27,009 nucleotides of DNA from a virus. Its lineage: Duplodnaviria > Caudoviricetes. Below the pieces are notes generated by a model, which saw only the letters and a list, made by a program, of their open reading frames with translations, was not told the origin of the DNA and ran no database searches. Of this stretch, positions 1 to 8,986 are shown piece after piece; the first letter of the stretch is position 1; each line of letters opens with the position of its first letter. The position numbers and the translations under genes are program-made. The stretch spans positions 1-27,009 of the IMG/VR virus record IMGVR_UViG_3300025889_000795; one strand, written 5' to 3'.

Positions 1-31
1 TGTCACGTATTTTTACACGCAAAATGATCAA

Positions 32-415
32 ATGACTAAAACAGCAGCAGTACACAGCATTCAAGGCACCTACGAGCCCGCCAGACACGACAAAAGGAAA
101 GAGAACGAAGAGAGTACCGCTATTGTTAACGCTCCTATACAGCGCCCTACTGCGCTTACAGGAAAGCGAGCAAATGAAATCTGGGATGGTAAGGTAAAAA
201 TTCTCCCTTGGCTTACAAATGCTGAAAGCGAAATGCTTTGCATGTACTGCATGCTGATTTCTGAGTTTGAAGCTGACCCCACAGAGTTTTCAGCCTCAAA
301 AATGAACGTGGTGATTAAATTAGCCAGCGACTTAGGCATGACGCCGATTTCGCGCGGCAAGTTTAAATATGATGGTGATAAAAAGTCGCCAGGAAGTCAC
401 TTGTTTGACAGCTGA
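32..415 (+). CDS. terS: Terminase small subunit (P27-like)
   Basis: 127 aa directly upstream of and overlapping terL; C-terminal LASDLGMTPISR matches the LGLTP-SR motif of P27-family small terminases. Confidence 0.85.
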   Translation: MTKTAAVHSIQGTYEPARHDKRKENEESTAIVNAPIQRPTALTGKRANEIWDGKVKILPWLTNAESEMLCMYCMLISEFEADPTEFSASKMNVVIKLASDLGMTPISRGKFKYDGDKKSPGSHLFDS

Positions 416-2126
416 CAGAACGACCGACTACGCAAAAAATGTAGTCTCAGGAAAAATCATTGCAGGGCCACATGTTCGTGATGCCTGCAAGCGCCACATA
501 AAAGACTTGAAGCGCAAAGATATTCATTTCGATGTAGATATCGCCAATAGGGCGTTCGAATACTTCGAAACCGCGCTAAACCTAAATGGAGGCGAGTTTG
601 AAGGCGTCCCGTTTATATTGCAGCCTTGGCAAGCTTTTGTTGTTGGTTCTGTTTTTGGTTGGATCGGTGAAGATGGTTATCGACGTTTTCGCATTGCCTA
701 CATAGAAACAGGAAAAGGCTCAGGAAAGTCGCCCTTAGTTGCCGGTATGGGCTTATATGCCCTAACCAGCGACAACGAACCACGCGCCGAAATTTACGCC
801 GCTGCGGTTAAGAAAGATCAAGCGAAAGTTTTATTTCGCGATGCAGTATCTATGGTGGAAATGTCGCCGATGCTGCAAGAAAGGCTAAATATTGGCGGGG
901 GCAGCGACCCGAATAATATTTCCTATCCCGCGCAAGGTTCATTTTTTCGCCCCATCTCATCAGAGGAGCGGGGAAAAGGACAATCTGGCCCACGTCCGCA
1001 CGTAGGAATACTCGACGAAGTACACGAGCACCCATCGAACACGATGGTTGAAATGCTGCGGGCCGGTACAAAGCAACGCAGACAAGCACTAATCCTGATG
1101 ATCACAAACTCAGGTAGCGATAGACGAACGCCTTGCTGGCAATATCATGAGTATGGCGCGAAAGTTTGCGACGGCACGCTAGAGGATGACGGTTTTTTTT
1201 CTTACGTTTGCGCGCTAGATGAGAAAGACGATCCGTTTGAGTCGGAAGATTGTTGGCTAAAAGCTAACCCAACATTAGATGTTACCCCTGGCCGCAAGTA
1301 TTTGCGCGAACAAGTGCGCGAAGCTAAGGGTATGCCATCAAAAGAGGCGCTAGTAAGGCGCTTGAACTTCTGCGAATGGGTCGAGGGTGTTAACCCACTA
1401 TTCTCTCGCGATATATGGCTCGCCACGCTAAACGACTTGGACTTGCGGGACTACGAAGGGAAAAGCTGTATAGCGGCCCTAGATTTGTCCTCAAAGCGCG
1501 ATTTAACCGCCCTGGCGCTAATATTCGAGGGTGAGCACGGTGTTGACGTAATACTCATCTACTGGACGCCTGAGGACACCATAAAAGAGCGCGCAAGAAC
1601 TGACATGGCCCCTTATGAGCAATGGGCGAAAGATGGTTTTATTAACGCCATTCCTGGTAAGGCTATTGATTACGATGTTGTTGCTAAGTTTTTTATCGAA
1701 TTGCAAGACGATTACAACATCACAGTTGAGTCTATGGCTTATGACCGTTGGAAAATTGACCACCTTAAAAAAGCTTTTGACGATTTTGGCGTCGAATATT
1801 TCGACAGAAAAGATACAGACCGAGGCTACGGAATAGAAATGGTGCAGTTTGGTCAAGGATTCAAAGACATGGCCCCCGCTATTGATACGTTAGAAAGCCA
1901 CGTTTTAAACAACACGATACGAATTCAAGCTAACCCAGTGACAACTATGTGTGCTTCTAACGCCGCGATAGCAAAAGACCCGGCAGAAAATAGGAAGTTT
2001 GAGAAATCAAAAAGCACAGGCCGTATTGATGGCATGGTGGCGTTATCTATGGGCGTGCAGGCTCATGCGTTACAGGAAGAGGCACGGGTTAGCACACTGG
2101 AAACAATCGGGATGAGAACTCTATAA
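405..2126 (+). CDS. terL: Terminase large subunit
   Basis: Walker A GKGSGKS, Walker B GILDEVHE, nuclease ALDLSS..D and IDGMVA. The ORF is open from 369; TTG at 405 after AGGAAG (391-396) is the likelier start. Confidence 0.97.
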   Translation: MTADRTTDYAKNVVSGKIIAGPHVRDACKRHIKDLKRKDIHFDVDIANRAFEYFETALNLNGGEFEGVPFILQPWQAFVVGSVFGWIGEDGYRRFRIAYIETGKGSGKSPLVAGMGLYALTSDNEPRAEIYAAAVKKDQAKVLFRDAVSMVEMSPMLQERLNIGGGSDPNNISYPAQGSFFRPISSEERGKGQSGPRPHVGILDEVHEHPSNTMVEMLRAGTKQRRQALILMITNSGSDRRTPCWQYHEYGAKVCDGTLEDDGFFSYVCALDEKDDPFESEDCWLKANPTLDVTPGRKYLREQVREAKGMPSKEALVRRLNFCEWVEGVNPLFSRDIWLATLNDLDLRDYEGKSCIAALDLSSKRDLTALALIFEGEHGVDVILIYWTPEDTIKERARTDMAPYEQWAKDGFINAIPGKAIDYDVVAKFFIELQDDYNITVESMAYDRWKIDHLKKAFDDFGVEYFDRKDTDRGYGIEMVQFGQGFKDMAPAIDTLESHVLNNTIRIQANPVTTMCASNAAIAKDPAENRKFEKSKSTGRIDGMVALSMGVQAHALQEEARVSTLETIGMRTL

Positions 2127-2127
2127 T

Positions 2128-3597
2128 ATGTTCCAGTGGATGCAAAAGTTTTTCAATAATTCATCACTAGCCGCTCCTGAGCCATGGTTATCCGATGCTT
2201 TGGTGAGGAAAAGTAATAGCGGACAAGTTGTAACAGAAGAAACCGCACTAAAAGTCTCAGCTGTTTATGCGTGCACGCGAGTGATAGCTGAGTCTGTCGC
2301 GCAGTTGCCGTTGAATATTTACCGAAAGGAAAATAATGGTGATAGCGCGGTTGATAGCAAGCACCCTCTGCAAACGCTGTTGCACGACATGCCCAACAGT
2401 GAAATGTCCGCATTTGACCTGCATGACTTCAATATTTCAAAAATACTATTCCGCGGCACTTCTTACACCCAAATAAATCGCACAGGGGTGGGGAAAGTAG
2501 GCGAACTAATCCCTTTGACCGGTCGCGTTAAAGTTGACCGAGACTCTAGGGGGAAGCTTTACTACTTTCACACGACATTAAGTGGCACCGAGGAAGTGTT
2601 AAGAGCGGAACAAGTGTGGCGAATCCCTGGACTATCTATTGATGGAATCACAGGACTAACACCTATAGGGCTGGCTAGAGAGTCTATAGGGATGGCGTTG
2701 GCATCTGATGAGCATGGCTCAAGAATGCTAGCGAACGGCGCTGTAGTGCCGTCTGTGGTGGAAATACCCGACGCTCTAAGCGATCAGGCCTACGAAAGGG
2801 TCAAGCAACATTTCAACGAGAATCATGTCGGCACAATGAACGCTGGTAAGCCGATGCTGTTAGAGGAAGGTTTAAAGTTTAAGAATATCGGCCTGAATAA
2901 CGTCGATGCACAGTTTCTTGAAAACAGAAAATATCAAGTTATCGATATAACTCGCTGGTATCGAGTCCCCCCGCACATGATTGGCGAGCTTGATAATGCG
3001 ACATTCTCAAACATTGAGCATCAAGGGATCTATTTTCTAACGCACACGTTAAACGTTTGGCTAAAGCGTTACACGCAATCTATCTATCGTGACTTACTGA
3101 CCCCGGCTGAGCGGCAAACACACTTTGCAGACTTTGTTGTTGAGGCGTTATTGCGTGCTGATAGCGAATCTCGCTTTGATGCTTACGTTAAACAGATACA
3201 GAACAGCATGCTAACGCCTAACGAGGCTCGCGTTAAAGAAAACTTGCCGCGAGAGGAGGGGCTAGATGTTTTTTACTCCCCCGGAAATTTAATGACCGCA
3301 GAACAGCGCGAATCATCCGTAAGACAAGAAAACTTAATTAGAAATGCTCATAGACGTTTAATCAGCAAGGAAAAACAGTCCTTAACGACAGCAGCGAAGA
3401 AAAACAAAGGCGATGAGCTGCGAAATTGGGCTAGAGAGTTCTACAAGAATCACATTTCAACCGTTTCTGAAGAGCTTCAGTTAAGCGAATCTGAAAGCAA
3501 AAATTACTGCGATAAGCAACTTAAGACGGTTTTATCACATGACTGGTCAGAGGATTTAACCCAAGACCTATTGAAGGTGGCATTAAATGCAAATTAA
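2128..3597 (+). CDS. HK97-family portal protein with ~100-aa C-terminal extension
   Basis: ALKVSAVYACTRVIAESVAQLPL, GLTPI, DAQFLENRK, VPPHMIG..ATFSNIE, LTPNEARVKENLP motifs; follows terL. Confidence 0.95.
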   Translation: MFQWMQKFFNNSSLAAPEPWLSDALVRKSNSGQVVTEETALKVSAVYACTRVIAESVAQLPLNIYRKENNGDSAVDSKHPLQTLLHDMPNSEMSAFDLHDFNISKILFRGTSYTQINRTGVGKVGELIPLTGRVKVDRDSRGKLYYFHTTLSGTEEVLRAEQVWRIPGLSIDGITGLTPIGLARESIGMALASDEHGSRMLANGAVVPSVVEIPDALSDQAYERVKQHFNENHVGTMNAGKPMLLEEGLKFKNIGLNNVDAQFLENRKYQVIDITRWYRVPPHMIGELDNATFSNIEHQGIYFLTHTLNVWLKRYTQSIYRDLLTPAERQTHFADFVVEALLRADSESRFDAYVKQIQNSMLTPNEARVKENLPREEGLDVFYSPGNLMTAEQRESSVRQENLIRNAHRRLISKEKQSLTTAAKKNKGDELRNWAREFYKNHISTVSEELQLSESESKNYCDKQLKTVLSHDWSEDLTQDLLKVALNAN

Positions 3598-4369
3598 AGC
3601 GATGGGCGATAGTGCAGAGATACTTTTATACGACGAAATCGGAGAAAGCTTCTTTGGTGGTTATTCTGCTAAAGACTTTGCGACTGAGCTGGCCTCTGTT
3701 GGTAACGTTTCCGAAATCCACCTTCGGATAAACTCCCCGGGCGGGTCAGTGTTCGATGGGTTCGCCATGTACAACACCTTAAAGCGACACCCTGCGCGCG
3801 TTGTTGTTGATATAGATGGCATGGCGTTATCTATTGCCTCTGTCATTGCGATGGCTGGTGATGAAATACGCATGGCAGAGAATGCCCAGATGATGATTCA
3901 CAACCCTTACACGGTTGTCGCGGGTACGTCTAAAGACATGCGCGACACGGCTGATATTCTTGACTCGCTTAAGGACGGAATCTTGTCTAGTTATGCCAAC
4001 CATTCAAATTTAAACAACGATGCGTTGTCCGCAGCGATGGATGCAGAAACTTGGTACAACGCTGAGGAAGCTATAGCGGCTGGTTTAGCGCATTCAGAGG
4101 TTAAAGGCTTAAAGATTGCCGCGCATTTTGATCTTAGCGATCTAAAAAACGGCTATACGCTCGACAAGGCTAGAAACCTAAATTTGGTTTTTGATGAGGA
4201 AGAGCCACAAGTAGATAAGATTGAAGACCTTGATAACTATGAAACTATCGATGTTACTGTAAACGGTGAAGACATTATCGAAATCCCCGCTTGCAAGAAA
4301 GCTTTGGGCGTTTTGGATGGCTTGGATCGTGAGCTGAAGTTCCAAAAAGCAAAAGCAAAACTAATTTGA
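3587..4369 (+). CDS. ClpP-like prohead protease
   Basis: INSPGGSV, DGMALSIASVIAMAGD (catalytic Ser), MMIHNP (His), ETWYNAEEAI; lies between portal and capsid. Confidence 0.95.
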   Translation: MQIKAMGDSAEILLYDEIGESFFGGYSAKDFATELASVGNVSEIHLRINSPGGSVFDGFAMYNTLKRHPARVVVDIDGMALSIASVIAMAGDEIRMAENAQMMIHNPYTVVAGTSKDMRDTADILDSLKDGILSSYANHSNLNNDALSAAMDAETWYNAEEAIAAGLAHSEVKGLKIAAHFDLSDLKNGYTLDKARNLNLVFDEEEPQVDKIEDLDNYETIDVTVNGEDIIEIPACKKALGVLDGLDRELKFQKAKAKLI

Positions 4370-4442
4370 TCCGTTAACGCCCTATTGGGTATCGCGGGCT
4401 AGTGCTTATCGCGGTCTATTGACCGAAAAAGGCACTTAAACG

Positions 4443-4465
4443 ACTGGCTTATTGCTGGTTTTTTT
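4443..4465 (+). terminator. Weak intrinsic-terminator-like hairpin upstream of capsid gene
   Basis: ACTGGC-TTATT-GCTGGT (two G-U pairs) followed by a T-run. Confidence 0.5.
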
Positions 4466-4512
4466 GTGCATGAACGTCGTGAGACGTGCATTTCCTATAA
4501 GGAGTTTCCACA

Positions 4513-5697
4513 ATGGAAATTAATGATATTTTGAATAAGCGTGGCGTCTTAGTAAAAGACATGCGCGAGCTGGTCGACGTTGCCGAGAAAGAAGGCCGCG
4601 ATCTAAACGAAGAAGAGCAAACCAAATTTGAAGCAATGGATAAAGATCAGACGGAATTAAAAAACCGTGCTGACCGAATCCTGCGACAAAACGAAATCGA
4701 AGCTGAAGCAAACGAACTTCTGGAAGTGAAAAACCTTGAGATTGCTGAAGAAAACAGCGTTACAAAAGGAAAATTCGCTAACAAAGAGTACGCTAATGCA
4801 TTCGACCAGTATGTCCGCAAAGGCGGCGCTGCTCTTGATCACCAATATGCTAATGCTTTGCAGATTGGAACGGATTCTGAAGGTGGTTATATCACCCCTC
4901 AAGAATACGAAACTCGCTTAACCGTTGCCTTAGAAGAATTTAACGTTCTTCGAGGCGTTGTTGATGTGATGCCTACCAGCTCAGATCGCAATATTCCGGT
5001 CGAAGCAACTCGCGGTGTTGCAACCTGGACGGCTGAAGAGGCCGCTTACACTGAAAGCGATCCTGCTTTCAGTCAAGTTGTCCTCGGCGCTCACAAGTTG
5101 GGCCGCATTGTGAAAGTTTCTGAAGAATTACTCCAAGACGCTTTCTTCAATGTGGAGTCTTACCTTGCTGAGAACTTCGGCCGCGCATTTGGTGAAGCTG
5201 AAGAGGCTGCTTTTGCTAATGGCGACGGCAGCGGGAAACCAACCGGCATCGTTCAGGGTTCAACCTTGGGTGTTTCTGCCGCAGGCGCTGCCGCCATCAC
5301 TTCCGATGAGCTAATCGATCTATACCACGCACTTAAGCGCCCTTATCGCGCCCGAGCTTGGTGGCTGATGAAAGATGACTCAGCAAAGCTTATTCGTAAG
5401 CTGAAAGACGGTGATAACCAGTACCTATGGCAGCCCGGCTTGCAGGCTGGCGAACCGGATACCATTCTTGGTCGTCCTGTAGCCATCTCTGATGGTATGC
5501 CTGCACCAACAACCGGAAACAAGTCTGTTGTCTTTGGCGATATGTCTTTTTATCGCGTTGCTGACCGCTCAGGAAAGGTTATGCAGCGTCTTAACGAGCT
5601 GTATGCCGCTAATGGTCAAGTAGGTTTTAGAATGTTCATGCGAGTAGACGGAAAAGTCACGCTTGCTGAGGCATTCCAGCACCTAATCCAGGCTTAG
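4513..5697 (+). CDS. Major capsid protein, HK97 fold with N-terminal coiled-coil delta domain
   Basis: SEGGYITP, VKVSEELLQD, GDGSGKPTGI, KLKDGDNQYLWQP, VFGDMS motifs; strong SD AAGGAG at 4499-4504. Confidence 0.97.
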   Translation: MEINDILNKRGVLVKDMRELVDVAEKEGRDLNEEEQTKFEAMDKDQTELKNRADRILRQNEIEAEANELLEVKNLEIAEENSVTKGKFANKEYANAFDQYVRKGGAALDHQYANALQIGTDSEGGYITPQEYETRLTVALEEFNVLRGVVDVMPTSSDRNIPVEATRGVATWTAEEAAYTESDPAFSQVVLGAHKLGRIVKVSEELLQDAFFNVESYLAENFGRAFGEAEEAAFANGDGSGKPTGIVQGSTLGVSAAGAAAITSDELIDLYHALKRPYRARAWWLMKDDSAKLIRKLKDGDNQYLWQPGLQAGEPDTILGRPVAISDGMPAPTTGNKSVVFGDMSFYRVADRSGKVMQRLNELYAANGQVGFRMFMRVDGKVTLAEAFQHLIQA

Positions 5698-5709
5698 TAA
5701 GAAACTCAG

Positions 5710-5733
5710 AAGGGGCGGGAAACCGCCCTTTTT
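5710..5733 (+). terminator. Rho-independent terminator after capsid gene
   Basis: AAGGGGCGG-GAAA-CCGCCCTTTTT: GC stem, GNRA loop, U-tract. Confidence 0.85.
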
Positions 5734-5747
5734 GTTGAGGAAATCTC

Positions 5748-5921
5748 ATGAAAGTAAAGCTTTTAACAGGTGTTGCAGGGCCGGACTTTTCTTATTCGCC
5801 AGGTGAAACCGTTGATTTAGATGACGATTATGCACAGCGAATGATTGACAGCGGTCAAGCTGAAGCTGCTGCCCTTAAACCAAAAAAGGCCAAGAATGTC
5901 TCTAGCAATAGTAACGCCTAG
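5748..5921 (+). CDS. Small post-capsid protein, 57 aa (MKVKLLTGVAGPDFSYSPGETVDLDDDYAQRMIDSGQAE...); not in ORF track
   Basis: Manually translated; SD GAGG upstream; the PGETVDL...A.RMI.SGQAE pattern is typical of short proteins that follow HK97-type capsid genes. Confidence 0.8.
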   Translation: MKVKLLTGVAGPDFSYSPGETVDLDDDYAQRMIDSGQAEAAALKPKKAKNVSSNSNA

Positions 5922-6453
5922 CTCTACACGCGCTGTTTCTGTTGAAGAGGCTAAACAATGGACCGGTGTGCCTGTAGACGATGATGATATTCGCATTCTG
6001 GCGCTAATTGATGCCGCAACAAGTCACATTGAGGACTTTATACGAGGCACGATAAATCAAACCGTCTACGACTATAGGTTAAGGGGTTTTGATAATTCTA
6101 TTTACCTGCCTAATCCGCCGCTAGTTTCCGTTGCATCTGTTAAATATATCGATGTAGATGGCGTTGAGCAGACGTTAGCGACCAGCGTTTACGACTTTGA
6201 TGTAAATAAAACCCCTGGCGAAATACGTTTAGCTTATGACCAGTCATGGCCTAGCCTTCGTGATGTAGAAAATAACGTCACGATTCGGTACACGGCAGGC
6301 TACACGGCAGTGCCGGAAAAAATAAAACTAGCGATATTGATGCTGGTTGATCACTGGTACGAGCACCGAGGCGCAATCTCCGAGCTCCGGTTAAGTGAAA
6401 ACCCTTATGGCTTCGAATCGCTCCTAAACACATTCAAACAATTTAAATTCTAA
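5896..6453 (+). CDS. Head-tail connector/adaptor (gp6/gp15-like)
   Basis: VSVEEAKQW, LIDAATSHIE, PPLVSVASVKY, VPEKIKLAILMLVDHWYEHR; ATG 5896 preferred over 5845. Confidence 0.9.
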   Translation: MSLAIVTPSSTRAVSVEEAKQWTGVPVDDDDIRILALIDAATSHIEDFIRGTINQTVYDYRLRGFDNSIYLPNPPLVSVASVKYIDVDGVEQTLATSVYDFDVNKTPGEIRLAYDQSWPSLRDVENNVTIRYTAGYTAVPEKIKLAILMLVDHWYEHRGAISELRLSENPYGFESLLNTFKQFKF

Positions 6454-6779
6454 TGGAATCTGGACGCTTACGGCACGTTGTCACTATTGAAAAGAAGACA
6501 GAGAGCGCAGATACCGGATATGGCGAGAAGTCCATTGTATGGGCCAAATTCGCAAAGATAAGGGCTAATCTGCGGCCTATTTCCGGCAAAGAATTGTTTA
6601 TTTCTCAGCAGCACCACACAGAATCGAAAATGATAGCTGACATTCGTTACATGCCAGGCATTACCAACGAAATGCGGCTGGTTTATGGCGGCCTGCACTA
6701 CAACATTGTAGAGGTCAGAAACATCGATCAAAGAAACCGTCACATCAAGTTATTTTTATCCGAAGGCTTAATTGAATAA
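6453..6779 (+). CDS. Head closure/stopper protein (SPP1 gp16-like)
   Basis: GRLRHVVTI, A..RPISGKE, IRY..GITNEMRL, YNI..V motifs; gene order. Confidence 0.9.
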   Translation: MESGRLRHVVTIEKKTESADTGYGEKSIVWAKFAKIRANLRPISGKELFISQQHHTESKMIADIRYMPGITNEMRLVYGGLHYNIVEVRNIDQRNRHIKLFLSEGLIE

Positions 6780-7282
6780 TGTTTGTAAGGGGCATTCCTG
6801 AAATACAGAATCGCCTAAGCCAAATAGAAAAAAAGCTGGCAAATCGTTCTATCAATAGGGCAAATCGGGCGGCGGCTGATCCATTGGTTGCAGCTGCAAA
6901 GAGTAGGGCTCCCATTGGGGCTAGCGGCGCGTTGAGGCGCAACATTGTTAAGCAAAAGTGGCGTAGTAAGTTCTTCGCATCGGTTTATTCTGTCGGTGTT
7001 GAGCATGGCCCAATACCCAAAGTTAAGTTAGACGGAAATTTTGGCGTTTTCCAAACAGGCAGAGATAAAGCAGGCAATCGCATCTTTGATGTGCGTAAGT
7101 TAACCAAGCGCGAACGACGTGGATCAGATCCGTTTTACTTCCACTTTGTGGAATTGGGTTTTCGCCACTATAAATCCGGCGAAATGGTATCGCCTAAACC
7201 CTTTTTAGAGCCTTCTTTGCAGCCTGCATCGGGAAGGGTGATTGATATTTACACTAATGTGCTAAGAAAAGAGATTTTCTAA
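6779..7282 (+). CDS. HK97 gp10-like tail completion protein
   Basis: AKSRAP..SGALRRNI, FYFHFVELG, PKPFLEPS motifs. Confidence 0.85.
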   Translation: MFVRGIPEIQNRLSQIEKKLANRSINRANRAAADPLVAAAKSRAPIGASGALRRNIVKQKWRSKFFASVYSVGVEHGPIPKVKLDGNFGVFQTGRDKAGNRIFDVRKLTKRERRGSDPFYFHFVELGFRHYKSGEMVSPKPFLEPSLQPASGRVIDIYTNVLRKEIF

Positions 7283-7641
7283 TGAAACCTGAAGAGATTT
7301 TATATTCCGCTCTATCAGGGGATTTGGCAACAACCGCTATTGTCGGCACGAAAATATATGTTGATGACGCGCCGCAAGACATAGACGCGCCTTTGTTGGT
7401 TTATCAAAGAGACTCAACAGAGCCAAGAAACACGATCCACGGTACAAAAATAGGCGAGTTTGTCACGCTTGCGATTTTAGCTAAGGCGACGACCCGCAAA
7501 GCTGCGGAAGATTTAGCAACAACTATTGATACACCCATTAGGGCGGCTAATTTCTGGAAGACTGAACAAGTTTCCGGTTATGAGCCTGATGTTGATTATC
7601 ACGTTGTTGCTATCCAGTACCGATATTTTGATCCCGAATAA
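7282..7641 (+). CDS. Tail terminator (DUF3168-like)
   Basis: LYSALSGD..TAIVGTKIY.D.APQD...P.LVYQ; lies just before tail tube. Confidence 0.75.
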   Translation: MKPEEILYSALSGDLATTAIVGTKIYVDDAPQDIDAPLLVYQRDSTEPRNTIHGTKIGEFVTLAILAKATTRKAAEDLATTIDTPIRAANFWKTEQVSGYEPDVDYHVVAIQYRYFDPE

Positions 7642-7662
7642 TTACCGATAGACCCCCAAACA

Positions 7663-7685
7663 GCCCGCTTTATGCGGGTTTTTTT
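7663..7685 (+). terminator. Intrinsic-terminator-like hairpin upstream of tail tube gene
   Basis: GCCCGC-TTTAT-GCGGGT followed by a T-run. Confidence 0.7.
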
Positions 7686-7731
7686 ATGAGCGTCGTGATG
7701 ACGCGTTGTTCCCATTTGAAGGAGTTTTATT

Positions 7732-8376
7732 ATGGCCGCTACTACATGGTCAAGTGTGAGTATTGATGTACAAAGTGCTTTAGCTACTGCTATGACAGTC
7801 AGCGGCATTACTAAAGCAAATCCCGGTGTTGTTAGTTTCTCTGGCACCGACCCAAGCGATGGCGATTTTGTTGTGTTTCCAGATTTGGAAGGCATGACCC
7901 AAATGCGTGATCGCGTTGCGCGTGTTGATAATACGATCGCAAGTACTAGTTTTGAGGTAGAAGGTATCGACACTTCTGGCTATGGCACTTGGAGTGATGG
8001 CGATGCTCAGGTAATCACTTTTGGAACATCTATATCTACCTTTGTGGATGTGTCAGCATCAGGCGGAGAGCCTAATTTCGCCGACATAACTACGATTCAC
8101 GATAATCAGATTGTTGAAATTCCGACAACGGTTTCTCCTTTTGAGTTGTCCTTTGAGTCACAGTTTGATGTTAGCTCGAACGCGTTAACGGCTTTAAACG
8201 TTATCTCTGATAACCAAACGAAGGCAGCTGTTCGGATCACTTTCCCTAACGGGAATATTGTTGTTTTCTACGCCTACATAACAGCCGCGTTGATTCCTAC
8301 CGGTTCCGCTCAAGACGTTGTTACTACTAACGTAACGATGAAAGCGACTGGCCGTCTAACGGCTTACGCATCGTAA
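7732..8376 (+). CDS. Major tail tube protein
   Basis: ITKANPGVV, FEVEGIDTS, SASGGEPNF, RITFPNG motifs of proteobacterial siphophage tail tubes; strong SD AAGGAG. Confidence 0.9.
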   Translation: MAATTWSSVSIDVQSALATAMTVSGITKANPGVVSFSGTDPSDGDFVVFPDLEGMTQMRDRVARVDNTIASTSFEVEGIDTSGYGTWSDGDAQVITFGTSISTFVDVSASGGEPNFADITTIHDNQIVEIPTTVSPFELSFESQFDVSSNALTALNVISDNQTKAAVRITFPNGNIVVFYAYITAALIPTGSAQDVVTTNVTMKATGRLTAYAS

Positions 8377-8681
8377 TGCGCGATCCTTGTAAGCCTAACT
8401 TAATCGCTCTCGACTTGCCTGAGCTTGATGGATGTTCTGTCAGAAGCATAGGCATGAGAGAGCGCCAAGCTCTTGCTAAGGATTTAGACAAGATGGACGG
8501 TGACCTAGAAATGGGCATTCACATCTTTTCTTTGTTGGTAGTGGATGAAAACTTAGAGCAAGTATGGGATTCCGATAGTTGGGATGTTTGGAGTGGTAAA
8601 TACCGCGACGACTTCGAAAAGCTATTGGGTGTTGTGCTTGATGCTTGCGGTTTTGGGGTAGATAAAGCAAAAAAGAGTTAG
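8376..8681 (+). CDS. Tail assembly chaperone (gpG-like)
   Basis: Between tail tube and tape measure; ends ..DKAKKS over slippery heptamer A AAA AAG. Confidence 0.85.
   Translation: MRDPCKPNLIALDLPELDGCSVRSIGMRERQALAKDLDKMDGDLEMGIHIFSLLVVDENLEQVWDSDSWDVWSGKYRDDFEKLLGVVLDACGFGVDKAKKS
8669..8675 (+). other. Programmed -1 ribosomal frameshift site (A AAA AAG)
   Basis: Heptamer correctly phased in the gpG frame; the -1 frame is open from 8669 into ORF 8753-8986. Confidence 0.88.
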
Positions 8682-8986
8682 AGGAAGACGCCGATTTAAG
8701 GTTTCAATTCCTCTTAACTCGTACTCTCGGTTATCGCTCACATAGTGAGTTTTTGGAGCTGTTTGACCCTGCCGAATATCAATACTGGATCGCTATGTTT
8801 TCACTCGACCCTTGGGATGAAAATAGAGCCGACCTTCGGGCGGCTTACGCACCCGCCGTTACTGCTTGGTGTCATGGGAACAAAAAAACGAAAGTTAAAG
8901 ACTTTATGAGTTATTTAATTGAAGAAAAGGCACCGCAGACGACAGAGGCACTTTTTGCTTTTGTGGATGAGGTAAACAATGGCTAA
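8675..8986 (+). CDS. gpT-like C-terminal part of the G-T frameshift fusion chaperone
   Basis: -1 frame reads ELEEDADLRFQFLLTRTLGYRSHSEFLELFDPAEYQYW...DPWDENRADLRAA; the track start is a TTG with no SD. Confidence 0.8.
   Translation, partial: ELEEDADLRFQFLLTRTLGYRSHSEFLELFDPAEYQYWIAMFSLDPWDENRADLRAAYAPAVTAWCHGNKKTKVKDFMSYLIEEKAPQTTEALFAFVDEVNNG

Noticed and set aside
1-31. Possible cos-proximal sequence upstream of terS
   Set aside because: Only 31 nt are visible; cannot be supported
4472-4485. GAACGTCGTGAGAC matches a conserved 23S rRNA peptidyl-transferase-region sequence (14 nt)
   Set aside because: A 14-mer match between 27 kb (both strands) and ~4.5 kb of rRNA is expected about once by chance; the flanks diverge and the second leader copy differs
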